Shown here: piece by piece, positions 44,003-53,944 of the stretch
Numbering within the stretch: the stretch's first letter is position 1
How the letters are laid out: every line of letters begins with the position of its first letter
Source: Andalucia godoyi And28
Taxonomy: Eukaryota; Protista; Jakobida
Assembly (NCBI GenBank): GCA_009859145.1
Contig: VRVR01000035.1
Coordinates: 139,026 to 203,025 of the forward strand
Direction of reading: 5' to 3'
DNA: 64,000 nucleotides
Notes under the pieces: model-generated
Told to the model about the DNA's origin: nothing
The model's database searches: none
Seen by the model: only the letters and a program-made list of their open reading frames with translations
Program-made: the position numbers and the translations under genes

Positions 44003-44790
44003 CCCGCCTCCCGCTCGTTCTCTCACACTCTCTCACACAGCTTTGGAGGTCTCTCGACTCGAGTACATCGCAAAGAGATAAAAGGTCTAAATGTGCAAAA
44101 AACAAAACAGAAAAAGGAAACGCAGCTTTTGGAAAATCCCCGATGTTCCCCCTTCTCCGAAAATGCCCAAATTGGGAAAGGTCGGGTGAGGCAACAAAAA
44201 CCCAGATAAACCCCGCATCAATCAGCGCACGATTCAAGTGGACATCGACTCACCGTTTGATACCCTCTCCTTGTCGGAGCTTCGGACCTATCAAAACTAT
44301 CACAGCCAAATGCTGCTCAGCAAACCCCGAAAGCCTTACAGTTCCAACCCCTTCGCCATTTTCTTCCTACACGTTTTCCCCTTATTTCCCACGCCTTTGG
44401 TTCGTCTCCTATTTTTGCAATCCCATCGTTTCCTTTCGTTCCTTCTTTTCACCCAATTTAATTCAATTCATCAAATTACAGAATTGACAACGTCTTACAT
44501 CCCCCTCCCCACTCTTCTTTAAACATCCCAACATACAATGCTTGATTTTCTGAATCACTGTCGACATCACATTTCCTATTGCACAACCTCCTCCGCCCAT
44601 CGTCACCCATACTGCTGTTGGTTTACTCGCCTGCCATCTCAGTGATCTTCGTTTCAAGTTTCTCTCTCCACCCACCACCATCCACCGCCATCCATCCCAG
44701 CCCTTGATTATATTATCACACTATTATTCTATTTTATTTTCTTTTTCGTTGATATATATACATATATAATCTCACTGTTCATTCATAATC

Positions 44791-46917
44791 ATGCTTCCAC
44801 TGTGCAGAGGCTGTTGTGGAGACGCACCTGCGATTCCATGGTGGTTTGGCCACGAGTCGCCGGCGGAAGTCATGCTTATACTGAAGAAGTACGACGTGAT
44901 GCTGAGTGTTTCGGATCCAAACCGTCCGTGGAATTCGCGTGCACCCCTGCCTTTTATCGGATCTGTGCGCAGGATCCCGCTGTCGCATTGCTGCGCACGC
45001 GCCTTTTCAAAGCGTCGCAAATCAAAGGGCTCCAAGAGAAGACGGCAGAAGAAGAGTTGGTTTGAATCACCATCTGCCTCGTGGTTTGACTTTGATTCCA
45101 TTCAAATCGGCGCTGCAAATGGCACCGACGCAACGTGCTATTCTTCTTCTTCTTCTGCTCCTGCTGCTCCTGCTGCTGCAGCGTCGGTTTCAAACTCGAA
45201 TTCGTCGACGGATGATGACGGTGAAGATGCCGCGGTGTTTCGGACGCTCGATCAGGTTGGAGTGTACCTGCTTGCTCCTACAAAGTTTGGCCAGGAGCTC
45301 CCGCTCTTTTCAGAAATGCTCGTCATTACAAAATGGTCAATTGAAGACGCAGTGCCGCTTAGTGTGTCGCTCTTGAATACCCGCATGCCGAGTGAGACGG
45401 ATAGCGAGTCTGAGCATCACCCTGATGGTGGTGTCGGCGGCGGCGACGGCGCTGATGGCATTGATGTTGCTGCTGCTAATGCTGATGAGGATGAACATAC
45501 ACGTGTGCAACGACGAAAGATGCGAAGAGAATTGGGATTGTGCAGGGTGTTTCCGAAAACAAAGGCATCTTTTCTGATCTCAATGCCCGTATTCTGCGAT
45601 GCCCAAATCCCAGCTAGGAAGAACTGGGTAGAAAACTCGGATTCTGGAAAGGTTCCGCTCGTTGCGGTGCATGCGTGCTTGGAAGCCAAGCTGCTTGCAA
45701 AGGAGATTCCAAAGGTTCCACGATCGTGTTCCAAACATGTTCTCCTGGAAAAAAGTGAGACCACCGACGGTTGTAGCTCTTCCGCACCTCTGTCGTGCAC
45801 CGAAACGAATGTGCAAACAATGCTTTCTCAACACCCCAACCTTGCTCCCGGTGAGTATGAACTTGTTGACGGGACTGTCGTGGTTGTGAAGGACGAGGAC
45901 GAGGGGGAAGGCGATAATGATGGCACCGTGGCAGATTCAGAAAATGGAGACTCCACCGAGGACCATGTGTGCATTGTTTGTGGTCTCATGTCCGCAAGTC
46001 CGCAGGTTCTGCAGGACTTTTGCGCAACACTGAGCAAGTCTCCCAGTGCTGATGGTTCTGACGATGCTGATTTCTGGTACTCAGACTGCTCCCCGCCTTT
46101 GATGTCCCCTTCTCCTGCCGTGTCATCTGTTGGAAGCGGAAATACCCATCCGTGTTCCGCTGCAACTGTTTTTCCCGTTGCCGATGTGGAGACTGCCGAT
46201 TGGCTTTCTGTTCCATCGTCGTTGCAGGCCATCCAAACAAATGTCGAAGAGGATGCTTCTGAATCTGAATCCGAAAGAGAAGAAGAAGAGGAGGATGACG
46301 ACGACGAGGAAGACGAGTCCGAGGCGTCATCTGAAGACGGCGATGTGGACAGCGATAATGATGATGATGATAATGACAATGATAGCGAGGATGATGATGA
46401 GGATGCCAATGACAGCGACGATGATGATGATGATGACGACGACGACGACGACGACGATGATGATGGTTCCGATTCTGATGATCCAACCGGAGCAGACTTT
46501 GCGCATAATTCTGTTGATAATGAGCAGGAGGTTACGGATGATGAAGATGCGGCCACTGACGAAAATACCAATCGCGGTATGTTGTTGTCGGATCGCTCTG
46601 TTCCTGTCGCATTGCCGTCTATCATTTACGCTCACCGCGAAATGTCTCCGGACGAGGATGTCGAAGATGAGGATGAAGACTCAGAGTCAGCATCTGCATC
46701 CGCATCAGAATCTGGAGCGAAAGTGGACGACGATGTCTTTGACGAAGACGACGGTCACTGCTCAGTTATTCTTCATGCGCCTCGAAATGGCATTATTTTC
46801 GTTGAAGTTGATGAAGACGCAGTTCCTGACGAGCATGCAGAACAACAACTCATTGCATCCGTCAACGAGTATCTGCACGCTTCTCAAGGAACGTTGTCGC
46901 CAAGCATTGCGTCCTAG
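44791..46917 (+). CDS. Hypothetical protein with a long Asp/Glu-rich tract, 708 aa
   Basis: Uninterrupted ORF with a basic patch (KRRKSKGSKRRRQKK) and an acidic run at about 46246-46480. Confidence 0.75.
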   Translation: MLPLCRGCCGDAPAIPWWFGHESPAEVMLILKKYDVMLSVSDPNRPWNSRAPLPFIGSVRRIPLSHCCARAFSKRRKSKGSKRRRQKKSWFESPSASWFDFDSIQIGAANGTDATCYSSSSSAPAAPAAAASVSNSNSSTDDDGEDAAVFRTLDQVGVYLLAPTKFGQELPLFSEMLVITKWSIEDAVPLSVSLLNTRMPSETDSESEHHPDGGVGGGDGADGIDVAAANADEDEHTRVQRRKMRRELGLCRVFPKTKASFLISMPVFCDAQIPARKNWVENSDSGKVPLVAVHACLEAKLLAKEIPKVPRSCSKHVLLEKSETTDGCSSSAPLSCTETNVQTMLSQHPNLAPGEYELVDGTVVVVKDEDEGEGDNDGTVADSENGDSTEDHVCIVCGLMSASPQVLQDFCATLSKSPSADGSDDADFWYSDCSPPLMSPSPAVSSVGSGNTHPCSAATVFPVADVETADWLSVPSSLQAIQTNVEEDASESESEREEEEEDDDDEEDESEASSEDGDVDSDNDDDDNDNDSEDDDEDANDSDDDDDDDDDDDDDDDDGSDSDDPTGADFAHNSVDNEQEVTDDEDAATDENTNRGMLLSDRSVPVALPSIIYAHREMSPDEDVEDEDEDSESASASASESGAKVDDDVFDEDDGHCSVILHAPRNGIIFVEVDEDAVPDEHAEQQLIASVNEYLHASQGTLSPSIAS

Positions 46918-46967
46918 TAGCTGCTGCTCATCCAGTATCAGGTTTCATTTATTCCTTCATTTCCATT

Positions 46968-46971
<4 letters not shown>

Positions 46972-47048
<77 letters not shown>
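46972..47048. repeat. Pure (TC)n microsatellite, about 77 bp
   Basis: Direct reading; lies in a convergent gap. Confidence 0.97.
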
Positions 47049-47051
<3 letters not shown>

Positions 47052-47239
47052 CCTAGCTGTTTCTTCGCAACATTCACGGTGTTGTTAATTTGTATAGCTG
47101 TACTTACGTTCGTGTAGATTTGCGAGTGGAAACGTACTTGAGTGTTTTTTATATAAATATTTTCCCGTGCGAATGCCCATTTCGAAAAAAGGAAATTTAA
47201 AATGATAATGATGAAATAATAGGAAAGTGACGCCCGGGA

Positions 47240-50200
47240 TCACGCTGGAAGCGTCGCCACCCCAGCTTCGCGAAGCATCTGGCGGCAGCGGGAAATGGTG
47301 TCAGCTTCCAGAGCCCCGGATTGAAAAAGTTGATTGACCTTGGACGCTATCATGCGGGTATTCATGTGCAACGGTCCGTAGATGGAGGCGTAAGAACGAG
47401 CGGCCAAGCAAAGCGCATTCACCGACGATATTTGGTCTCCCAAAGCCAAGTGAACAGATCCAAGAAGCTTAAGCGTGTCTGCAAGTTGCATATGCTTTGC
47501 CGACGGGGAGCTTCCAGAAGCCGGTTGTCTACGCGGTGAACATGGTCTGCGGGTCATGCTTAATGACGAGGTTCCTTCTCCATGCAGTGCAGGCCGTGTA
47601 GGCCGCGTGGCCCGTGTAGGAAGTGCAGAAACAGATACCGACGCATGCATAGACTCCTCTTCAACAGCGCTGCGCAGTGAAACAACCACAGACACCAATA
47701 TTTGACGAGCCCCGTCAAATTGCGAACACTGAACAAGCGCAAACGCAAGCGTAAGACTAACTGCAATGGTTTTCGAATCCGCATTTCCAAGGATGCGCAC
47801 AAACGTGTCCAGCGAGGATTGCGCAAAAACTGCAGCTTGAGCATGGGCACCAGCGTCGGAATACAAGGACGCAATCTTGTGGTGCAGTTCAGCCGTTTCC
47901 AAATCGCGATGGAGTTCCATGTAGATCGCAGCGGCCGCTCGGAAAAACTCGATCGCCTCCGGCATCGTTTTGGGATCTAGACTCCGCACACGCCCCAGCA
48001 TGGTGTACAACGACGCAGTTTCCAGCATCTCGCTTTCGCGTTCACTTTCGCCTATTTCTTCCACATTGGGTGGATGAGCAGGCCCCCCCTGATCAAGTGA
48101 CACAGTCGAGTCTGAAGACGCAGCAGATCCTCTTCGAAGGTGCAAGAAGGAGATTCCAAGTGCCTCCGTCAAGACATCGCTTGCCAAATTGGGAGACTCC
48201 ATGGCCAAATACACTTTTCCAAGCGCCAACAAAACAGGAAACAGGGCCCGATACTGGGCTTTCGTCATGTGGCTGCGCCAATCCGAGGAATCTGCATTTT
48301 CATTGTGTTGCTCGAGAGTCATCGGAGTGAAACTGCCGACAAGGGCCGTCGGATGCCCAGGAATCGAACTGAGAATATCCAGCCGGGCATTCTCGAGGAG
48401 ACTCGCTGCTTGGGAATGCTTACCGAGCAGCAGGTGTGCCATGGCCATCGTGGTAGCAACCACAGGCATCATCATGTTGAAATTCTCATGCTTTCCGTAA
48501 CGGAGAATCTTGCGGTCACCGTGAAGAAAATACTCGTCTCCAGAACTTTCTGCACCCGAATCACGAGCATATTCACTTCGGCGGTCAAGATTGGAGTACC
48601 GCTGGAAAACATCCGCGGCTTGTTTTGCATGCCCCAACGTTTGCAGAGCCATGCCTGCCGCAAGGTAGCATTCCGCAAGAGCTAACTGTGCTCTTGCAAC
48701 TGCACGGTGACGTTCACCAAATCGTAGTTTGAGCAACGAGACACGCTCCACGGCATACAGAATCCGCCGATTTGGATCGGATTCTGTCAGCATCGACTGC
48801 TCAAGTGCTGCAAGGCGGATATGTACAGACGCATCATAGCGCCGAGTCCTTGCAATGGCACGCGAGAGTTTTCGATGCTCCTTGTTCAGCGCGTGCTCCG
48901 GAGACAGCGGCATTTCTCTCCTTTTCTTATTGCTCAGGCCGAATGGATCATGACGCGATAGACCACCGTCAGACGAATCGCTGGACTCCTCATCGCCTGG
49001 CAAGCCATCAAAGTTGCCCAGGCTTTCGTCATCGCTAACGTGAATCAGATGACGAATGTCGTGGTTCTCAAAAAATGAAGCGGTGGAATGTGTTTCAAGC
49101 TGTGCAACGTCTAGATTTCCGCGGAAAGACATTGCAGAGGATCCACGGGAATGCAATGGCCCGATGTAGGATGCCGATTGAGACAGCGTCTCTGAACGAG
49201 CAGAGACGGGACGATGACTCCTGGCAGAAGAATGCTGCAGAGGGTGAACAGCAACCCCTTCTCCAAGGCCTACAAGACGCCCCGGGTGCTCGGTTTCTGA
49301 CTGCCGAAAACTGGAGTGTCCATGTCCATGCACGGGATTTGCAGCACATGCAAAGTTCAGCATACCATCGGATCTCCGAGTTGCGCTGCTGGGACGACTG
49401 TTCGACATCTTGGCATGCTGCATCGTAATATTGGATAGCACCAAGATAGGAACTCGTTGAGATGGTCGTGCAGATTCTGGACGACCCTTCTTCAGCCGCC
49501 TTTCCCATGAATCCTCTCGTTCTAGTGATACTCCGTGGGATGAATGAGGGCGAGGAAGCGGCGGTCTGTTTTCTGCGTTTTCGAAATGAAGCGAAGCCTG
49601 CGGACTGACAGCATCTTGCGGTTTTCCAGACGATGCTGTTGCAGCATTCATGACGTTTTCTGAACTGACGGATGCAGTATCATCATCCAAATCAATGATT
49701 CCCGCATCTTCATTCTGATCGTTAGCAACATGTGTGCCGTGGCTCGTCTGTTTTTTCGCAGCATCAGGAGCATTCATCGGAGCAGCCGGCTGGCCATCCA
49801 ACTCGAAATCGTCGTCCGAGCAAGAAGTCACGCGTTCTTCCAGACGGGTTGGTTGCGGTCGGGCAATTGCCGCGACTGGCTGGAAGTGTTCTCGGGACAT
49901 TCTCGCAGAAGCGGGACGGTTGGGAGGCGATGCTCCCTGCTTCTGCGGAGAAACTTGATGGCAGACAGGGCAGATGCTGGGGGGCGATTGACTCCGGTTT
50001 TGCTGCTTCGGCGGGGACACCATGCGAATATACTTCCGTCTTCGAGGCGCAGGTGCCTTAACCGAAGGGCAACTCTTTGCAACAATTGCAGTCATTTTCT
50101 GCAGATCTGTCAATGCGGGCTTCCCCGGTCTTCGAGACGCTGACGTTGGTCTTTCGTAATCTAAAATCGATTGTTTCCGCGAATGTAAACCCGAGTTTCT

Positions 50201-51268
50201 TGCAGAGAGCGGCCTTCCAGCAGGAACGAACGCCGGCTTACTATGTGTTGGCGGCCGCGGCTCCCGTCTGTCGTCAGTATCATCCTTGCCGCCGTCTGCA
50301 TTTTTCAAGCCTCTCTCCGACAGGGCAGAGGTACGTCCATGCTCAACAATTTCAAGACCGTTTCCCGTCAACACAATCTCAGTTACCTGCACAACCTTAT
50401 TTCCGTTCTTCTCCTCGTCATTGACCTGGAGCTCCGTCTGCGACTGCTGGTCTGTGAACAGCACGGACGCAGCAACCGCGCGGATCGAGTCTGCGGCTGC
50501 AATCAAGTCCTTTTCGATGCGCTCATCGCCCTTCAGTCTTCGTTGTTGATTGCCGCGGCTTGCAAAGGAAGCAACCGGGGAGAGCGCTCTGCTTGAAGCG
50601 GACCGCACACTAACGGATCCTCCAGAATGTGCTCGTGGCGAAGATGTTCTCTCCACCAAATCGTCCAAATCGGCGGAATCTTCAAGCGACGCAACGGTCT
50701 CAAGATCGAACTCGAGCTCTGAGATGAGGGACTTTGACGAAGCCTGGCGACCATAAGACGATCTTCGCGACATTGCAGGAGACCCATGCTGAGATCCAGA
50801 CCGACGTTTTCTCAGAGCAGGGTGCCTTCGATCTAAAGACTGGTCATCGCTGTCCGACTCCAAGTTCAAATGGTCGTCGTCGTCTTGTTCGCCAGACACC
50901 CCGGACGAGCCCACCGACAACGACGAAAGCCGATCTTCCTCATTTTCATCCGTCGAAGAAGTCGAACCAGAAGCCGATGCAGCAGGTTGATCACCTGGCA
51001 CGTGCAACCTCGAAGAATGCGGCTTGTCGCGAAAATGAACAGAAGACGGTGACTTTTCCAAACGGCCAATGCGTCGCGAAGTGCCTGACGATCCACCACC
51101 ATCGGGACTACTACTACTACTACCACCACTACCACTACCACTACCACTACTATTGTTGTTGTTGTTGTTGTTGTTGCTGTTGCTATCAGCTGGTTTGGAA
51201 GCAGGCGGAACAGGATCTCGTGCTTCGGGTGACAAGGAAGGACCCAGCACAGGCAAGTCACTGCTCAT
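47240..51268 (-). CDS. TPR protein, TTC23-like C-terminal half with a long disordered N-terminus, 1342 aa
   Basis: C-terminal TPR-like helices. ERVSLLKLRFGERHRAVARAQLALAECYLAAGMALQTLGHAKQA resembles the TTC23 core from memory. ATG at 51268. Confidence 0.7.
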   Translation of the reverse strand: MSSDLPVLGPSLSPEARDPVPPASKPADSNSNNNNNNNNSSGSGSGSGGSSSSSPDGGGSSGTSRRIGRLEKSPSSVHFRDKPHSSRLHVPGDQPAASASGSTSSTDENEEDRLSSLSVGSSGVSGEQDDDDHLNLESDSDDQSLDRRHPALRKRRSGSQHGSPAMSRRSSYGRQASSKSLISELEFDLETVASLEDSADLDDLVERTSSPRAHSGGSVSVRSASSRALSPVASFASRGNQQRRLKGDERIEKDLIAAADSIRAVAASVLFTDQQSQTELQVNDEEKNGNKVVQVTEIVLTGNGLEIVEHGRTSALSERGLKNADGGKDDTDDRREPRPPTHSKPAFVPAGRPLSARNSGLHSRKQSILDYERPTSASRRPGKPALTDLQKMTAIVAKSCPSVKAPAPRRRKYIRMVSPPKQQNRSQSPPSICPVCHQVSPQKQGASPPNRPASARMSREHFQPVAAIARPQPTRLEERVTSCSDDDFELDGQPAAPMNAPDAAKKQTSHGTHVANDQNEDAGIIDLDDDTASVSSENVMNAATASSGKPQDAVSPQASLHFENAENRPPLPRPHSSHGVSLEREDSWERRLKKGRPESARPSQRVPILVLSNITMQHAKMSNSRPSSATRRSDGMLNFACAANPVHGHGHSSFRQSETEHPGRLVGLGEGVAVHPLQHSSARSHRPVSARSETLSQSASYIGPLHSRGSSAMSFRGNLDVAQLETHSTASFFENHDIRHLIHVSDDESLGNFDGLPGDEESSDSSDGGLSRHDPFGLSNKKRREMPLSPEHALNKEHRKLSRAIARTRRYDASVHIRLAALEQSMLTESDPNRRILYAVERVSLLKLRFGERHRAVARAQLALAECYLAAGMALQTLGHAKQAADVFQRYSNLDRRSEYARDSGAESSGDEYFLHGDRKILRYGKHENFNMMMPVVATTMAMAHLLLGKHSQAASLLENARLDILSSIPGHPTALVGSFTPMTLEQHNENADSSDWRSHMTKAQYRALFPVLLALGKVYLAMESPNLASDVLTEALGISFLHLRRGSAASSDSTVSLDQGGPAHPPNVEEIGESERESEMLETASLYTMLGRVRSLDPKTMPEAIEFFRAAAAIYMELHRDLETAELHHKIASLYSDAGAHAQAAVFAQSSLDTFVRILGNADSKTIAVSLTLAFALVQCSQFDGARQILVSVVVSLRSAVEEESMHASVSVSALPTRATRPTRPALHGEGTSSLSMTRRPCSPRRQPASGSSPSAKHMQLADTLKLLGSVHLALGDQISSVNALCLAARSYASIYGPLHMNTRMIASKVNQLFQSGALEADTISRCRQMLREAGVATLPA

Positions 51269-51907
51269 GAAAGCCAAAAAAACCACTACTTTTTTCCTCT
51301 TCGCTTTCTTTCCTTTTTCTTTCTTTCCTCCCCGAGTGTTCCCGACCCAAAACAAATGTACCAACCTTTAACTCTACACACTAGCAAAAACGATATGATT
51401 TTGAATGCGAGGAAAATCAAGAAATTCATATAGACCCTAATAAAACCAAAAAACCGTAAAACCATGGCATGATGACGGATCGTAGCAACACTTGATGCAT
51501 CTCATGGGAAGGGTTCCCCCAAATCAAACTCCACCTTTTCGTTCTGCTGCTACGCAACTGCCCTTTTGCATTCGATGAGTCACGAGTGCCCAGTGAGTGT
51601 GGGTTGGGGGCCATAGCTAGGTAGATCACCGAGTCCATCAGGTCTTTTCTTTTTTGTGCATTCGACTTTTGCACATTCCTTTTTCTTTCGTATTTTTCTT
51701 TTCCTTTTTTAAAAATTCGCTGCTTTTATTGGAACCGACACTAGGAGAAAGAAAAAACAACAACACGAAGAAAAGCAAACAGGGAAAAGGTGCAATTTAG
51801 AAAAGAGAAATAATAATAACAATAACAATAACAATAACAATAACAATAACAATAACAGTAATAATAACAACAATAGTAATAAGAAAGGAAGAAGGAAGAA
51901 GGAGGAA

Positions 51908-53008
51908 ATGTCGAGTTCGCAACAGCACTCACCTAGAGTTCGCATAGCAGGAGTGACATCTTCTGGTCCAGTATCTGGGTCTGGGGCCGGGGCCGGGGCC
52001 GGGGCCGGGGCGACTCCACCGCGTTCTTCTTCGCCGACACAGTCTCCAAGACCGTTTTCACATCCTGATGCTCAGTATGCTCAGAGTCACAACTACAACC
52101 ACAGCAACCGACCGTCGTCTCCGCGGCTTTCGTACAGCTCGTCTACACACACGTATGCAAGTTCCCCGTCTTCGTCGTCGTTGTCATTGTCGTCATGGTC
52201 ATCGTCGTTGTCGATGCACAAACAAACGGGGTTTCACGCGCTTTCCACCCGTACAGCTTCTCCAACGTTTGCGATGCCCAAGGCGAAAAGAGCGACTGCT
52301 GTCACGGAGAGACCGTCTTCTCCTGGGCCTGGAACCTATGACACCTCGCGCCAATCGCCGTTCGGTGCGCCGCCTCCAGCACCGATTTCAAAGGACTACT
52401 ACCAAGGCACCTCTTCAGGCGGAAACAACAGCCCACGTGGATACTCGTTTCCAACAACGCCGCGCGGGCTGGAGCCTGTCGGACGACCGGGGTCGCCTGC
52501 CGCCAATGGAAATTCCAGTTTTGCAGGTTCTGGGTCAGGGTCTGCCGATGCTGGCTTCTCCTTCACAAGAGCTGCATCGCCCTTAACGAATCGGCAGACA
52601 CCGGGACCTGCGTCGTATGAAGTCGAACGCTCGTTTTCGCCGACGTTCCAGGCCAGGATCAGCAGCAGCGGAGGTACGGGGTCTTATGCTGCAAATGGTG
52701 CGCCGAATGTCTACAAATCACCGGCTGTGGGTCAGACAACACCGGCGTATTCGATTGGAAAGGCCGACAGAGGACTCGCCCCTTCACCATTGCGGTTCGG
52801 AGGAAGCCCGAGAAGCGGCGGCGGAAGCATCAGTAGGCTGCCACCAGGCCCTGGAGCGTATGACTTGCCCAGAGAGTTTGACGTTCCACCGGCATTCTCG
52901 AACCTGACGGCAAGCCCCCGCGGGTCGCCGTATGGCAACAGAGAAGGAACCTCGCATTTGTATGCTTCACAAAAGCTGCAAGCCGGAGTGCCACTGTTCA
53001 GAAATTGA
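51908..53008 (+). CDS. SHIPPO-repeat (ODF3/CIMAP1-like) protein, putative axonemal
   Basis: Three P-G-P-x-x-Y repeats (PGPGTY, PGPASY, PGPGAY) with GYSFP and TPAYSIG elements. Confidence 0.75.
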   Translation: MSSSQQHSPRVRIAGVTSSGPVSGSGAGAGAGAGATPPRSSSPTQSPRPFSHPDAQYAQSHNYNHSNRPSSPRLSYSSSTHTYASSPSSSSLSLSSWSSSLSMHKQTGFHALSTRTASPTFAMPKAKRATAVTERPSSPGPGTYDTSRQSPFGAPPPAPISKDYYQGTSSGGNNSPRGYSFPTTPRGLEPVGRPGSPAANGNSSFAGSGSGSADAGFSFTRAASPLTNRQTPGPASYEVERSFSPTFQARISSSGGTGSYAANGAPNVYKSPAVGQTTPAYSIGKADRGLAPSPLRFGGSPRSGGGSISRLPPGPGAYDLPREFDVPPAFSNLTASPRGSPYGNREGTSHLYASQKLQAGVPLFRN

Positions 53009-53944
53009 AATCGTGAGTGGTGAGAGCGGTCTTTGCTGTCCTTTGGAACATGCAGAAAGTGAGTGTTCTTCTGCTTTAATAGTTTGGTTTTTTCTTTTTT
53101 GTTTTTTTGTTTTGTTGTTCCTCGTTTTTATTATTATCGTTGATGTATTTTCGGTCGCATCATTGCTTGCATGGGTCGATTTTCTGTTTCCTGGCGACTC
53201 TCGCACCCTCTCCCCTCCCGGTGAGGGCTGTTGATTTTTTGTTTGTGTTCTGTTTGAGGTCGAGGACTGTGTTTCTTTGCTGTGATGCTGGTTTAAAAGA
53301 TTGTCGTTTGAAGTAATAATCAACGGGAGAAATACGATGTGAAAATAAAAAGGGTTAGAGTTTGAGGAAGTGGTGTTGCACGATGATGCCTACATTGTAC
53401 ACTAGCCACGGATAAACATCGCTGATCACCCATAATCAATGCTGCAATCCAACAACATGCAAGGCATGATTGGGAAGGGGGTAGGCCCCCAACACGCCCC
53501 TCGGCATGAGAGACGTTCCTAAGATAGATAGATGCGTTGCGTGGACAATAAAAATAATGAAATGAAATGAGCGTCGCTGTGCGAGAATGCAACGCGTCGG
53601 CGTGTGTATAGGGATTTCATGACCAAAATGGTGCGAAACGAATCGGGCATCGTGTGAAGGAGTTGTTAAGATGGCAAACGCATGGCGCATGGCGCATGGC
53701 AGTGTTTTTGTTTTGCGAGCGGTTGGATTCGCACACAATGCATTGTGAAGCATATCATATCCCGTTTATGAGACGCCCGCAGCACAGTCGAAGAACGCCT
53801 TTCCACAACAAGCGACTGTTGTTGCAGTTCGGATCGCGGCCGACTTTCCTGTCTCCGAGTGTTTTTGTAGAATACATCATGAAGATACAAAGATTAATAA
53901 TAACAAAGGAAGAAGATACAACAAAAACGTCTGACGCAAGGATC

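Noticed and set aside
51269-51907. RFX X-box search in the promoters of putative ciliary genes (also 26499-27045)
   Set aside because: Only half-sites (RGCAAC) were found, with no complete GTNRCC-N0-3-RGYAAC.
53380-53430. Possible C/D box snoRNA (ATGATG...CTGA)
   Set aside because: Imperfect C box, too short, and no rRNA-complementary guide recognised.
53734-53747. Perfect 14-bp palindrome CACAATGCATTGTG
   Set aside because: About four such palindromes are expected by chance in 64 kb.
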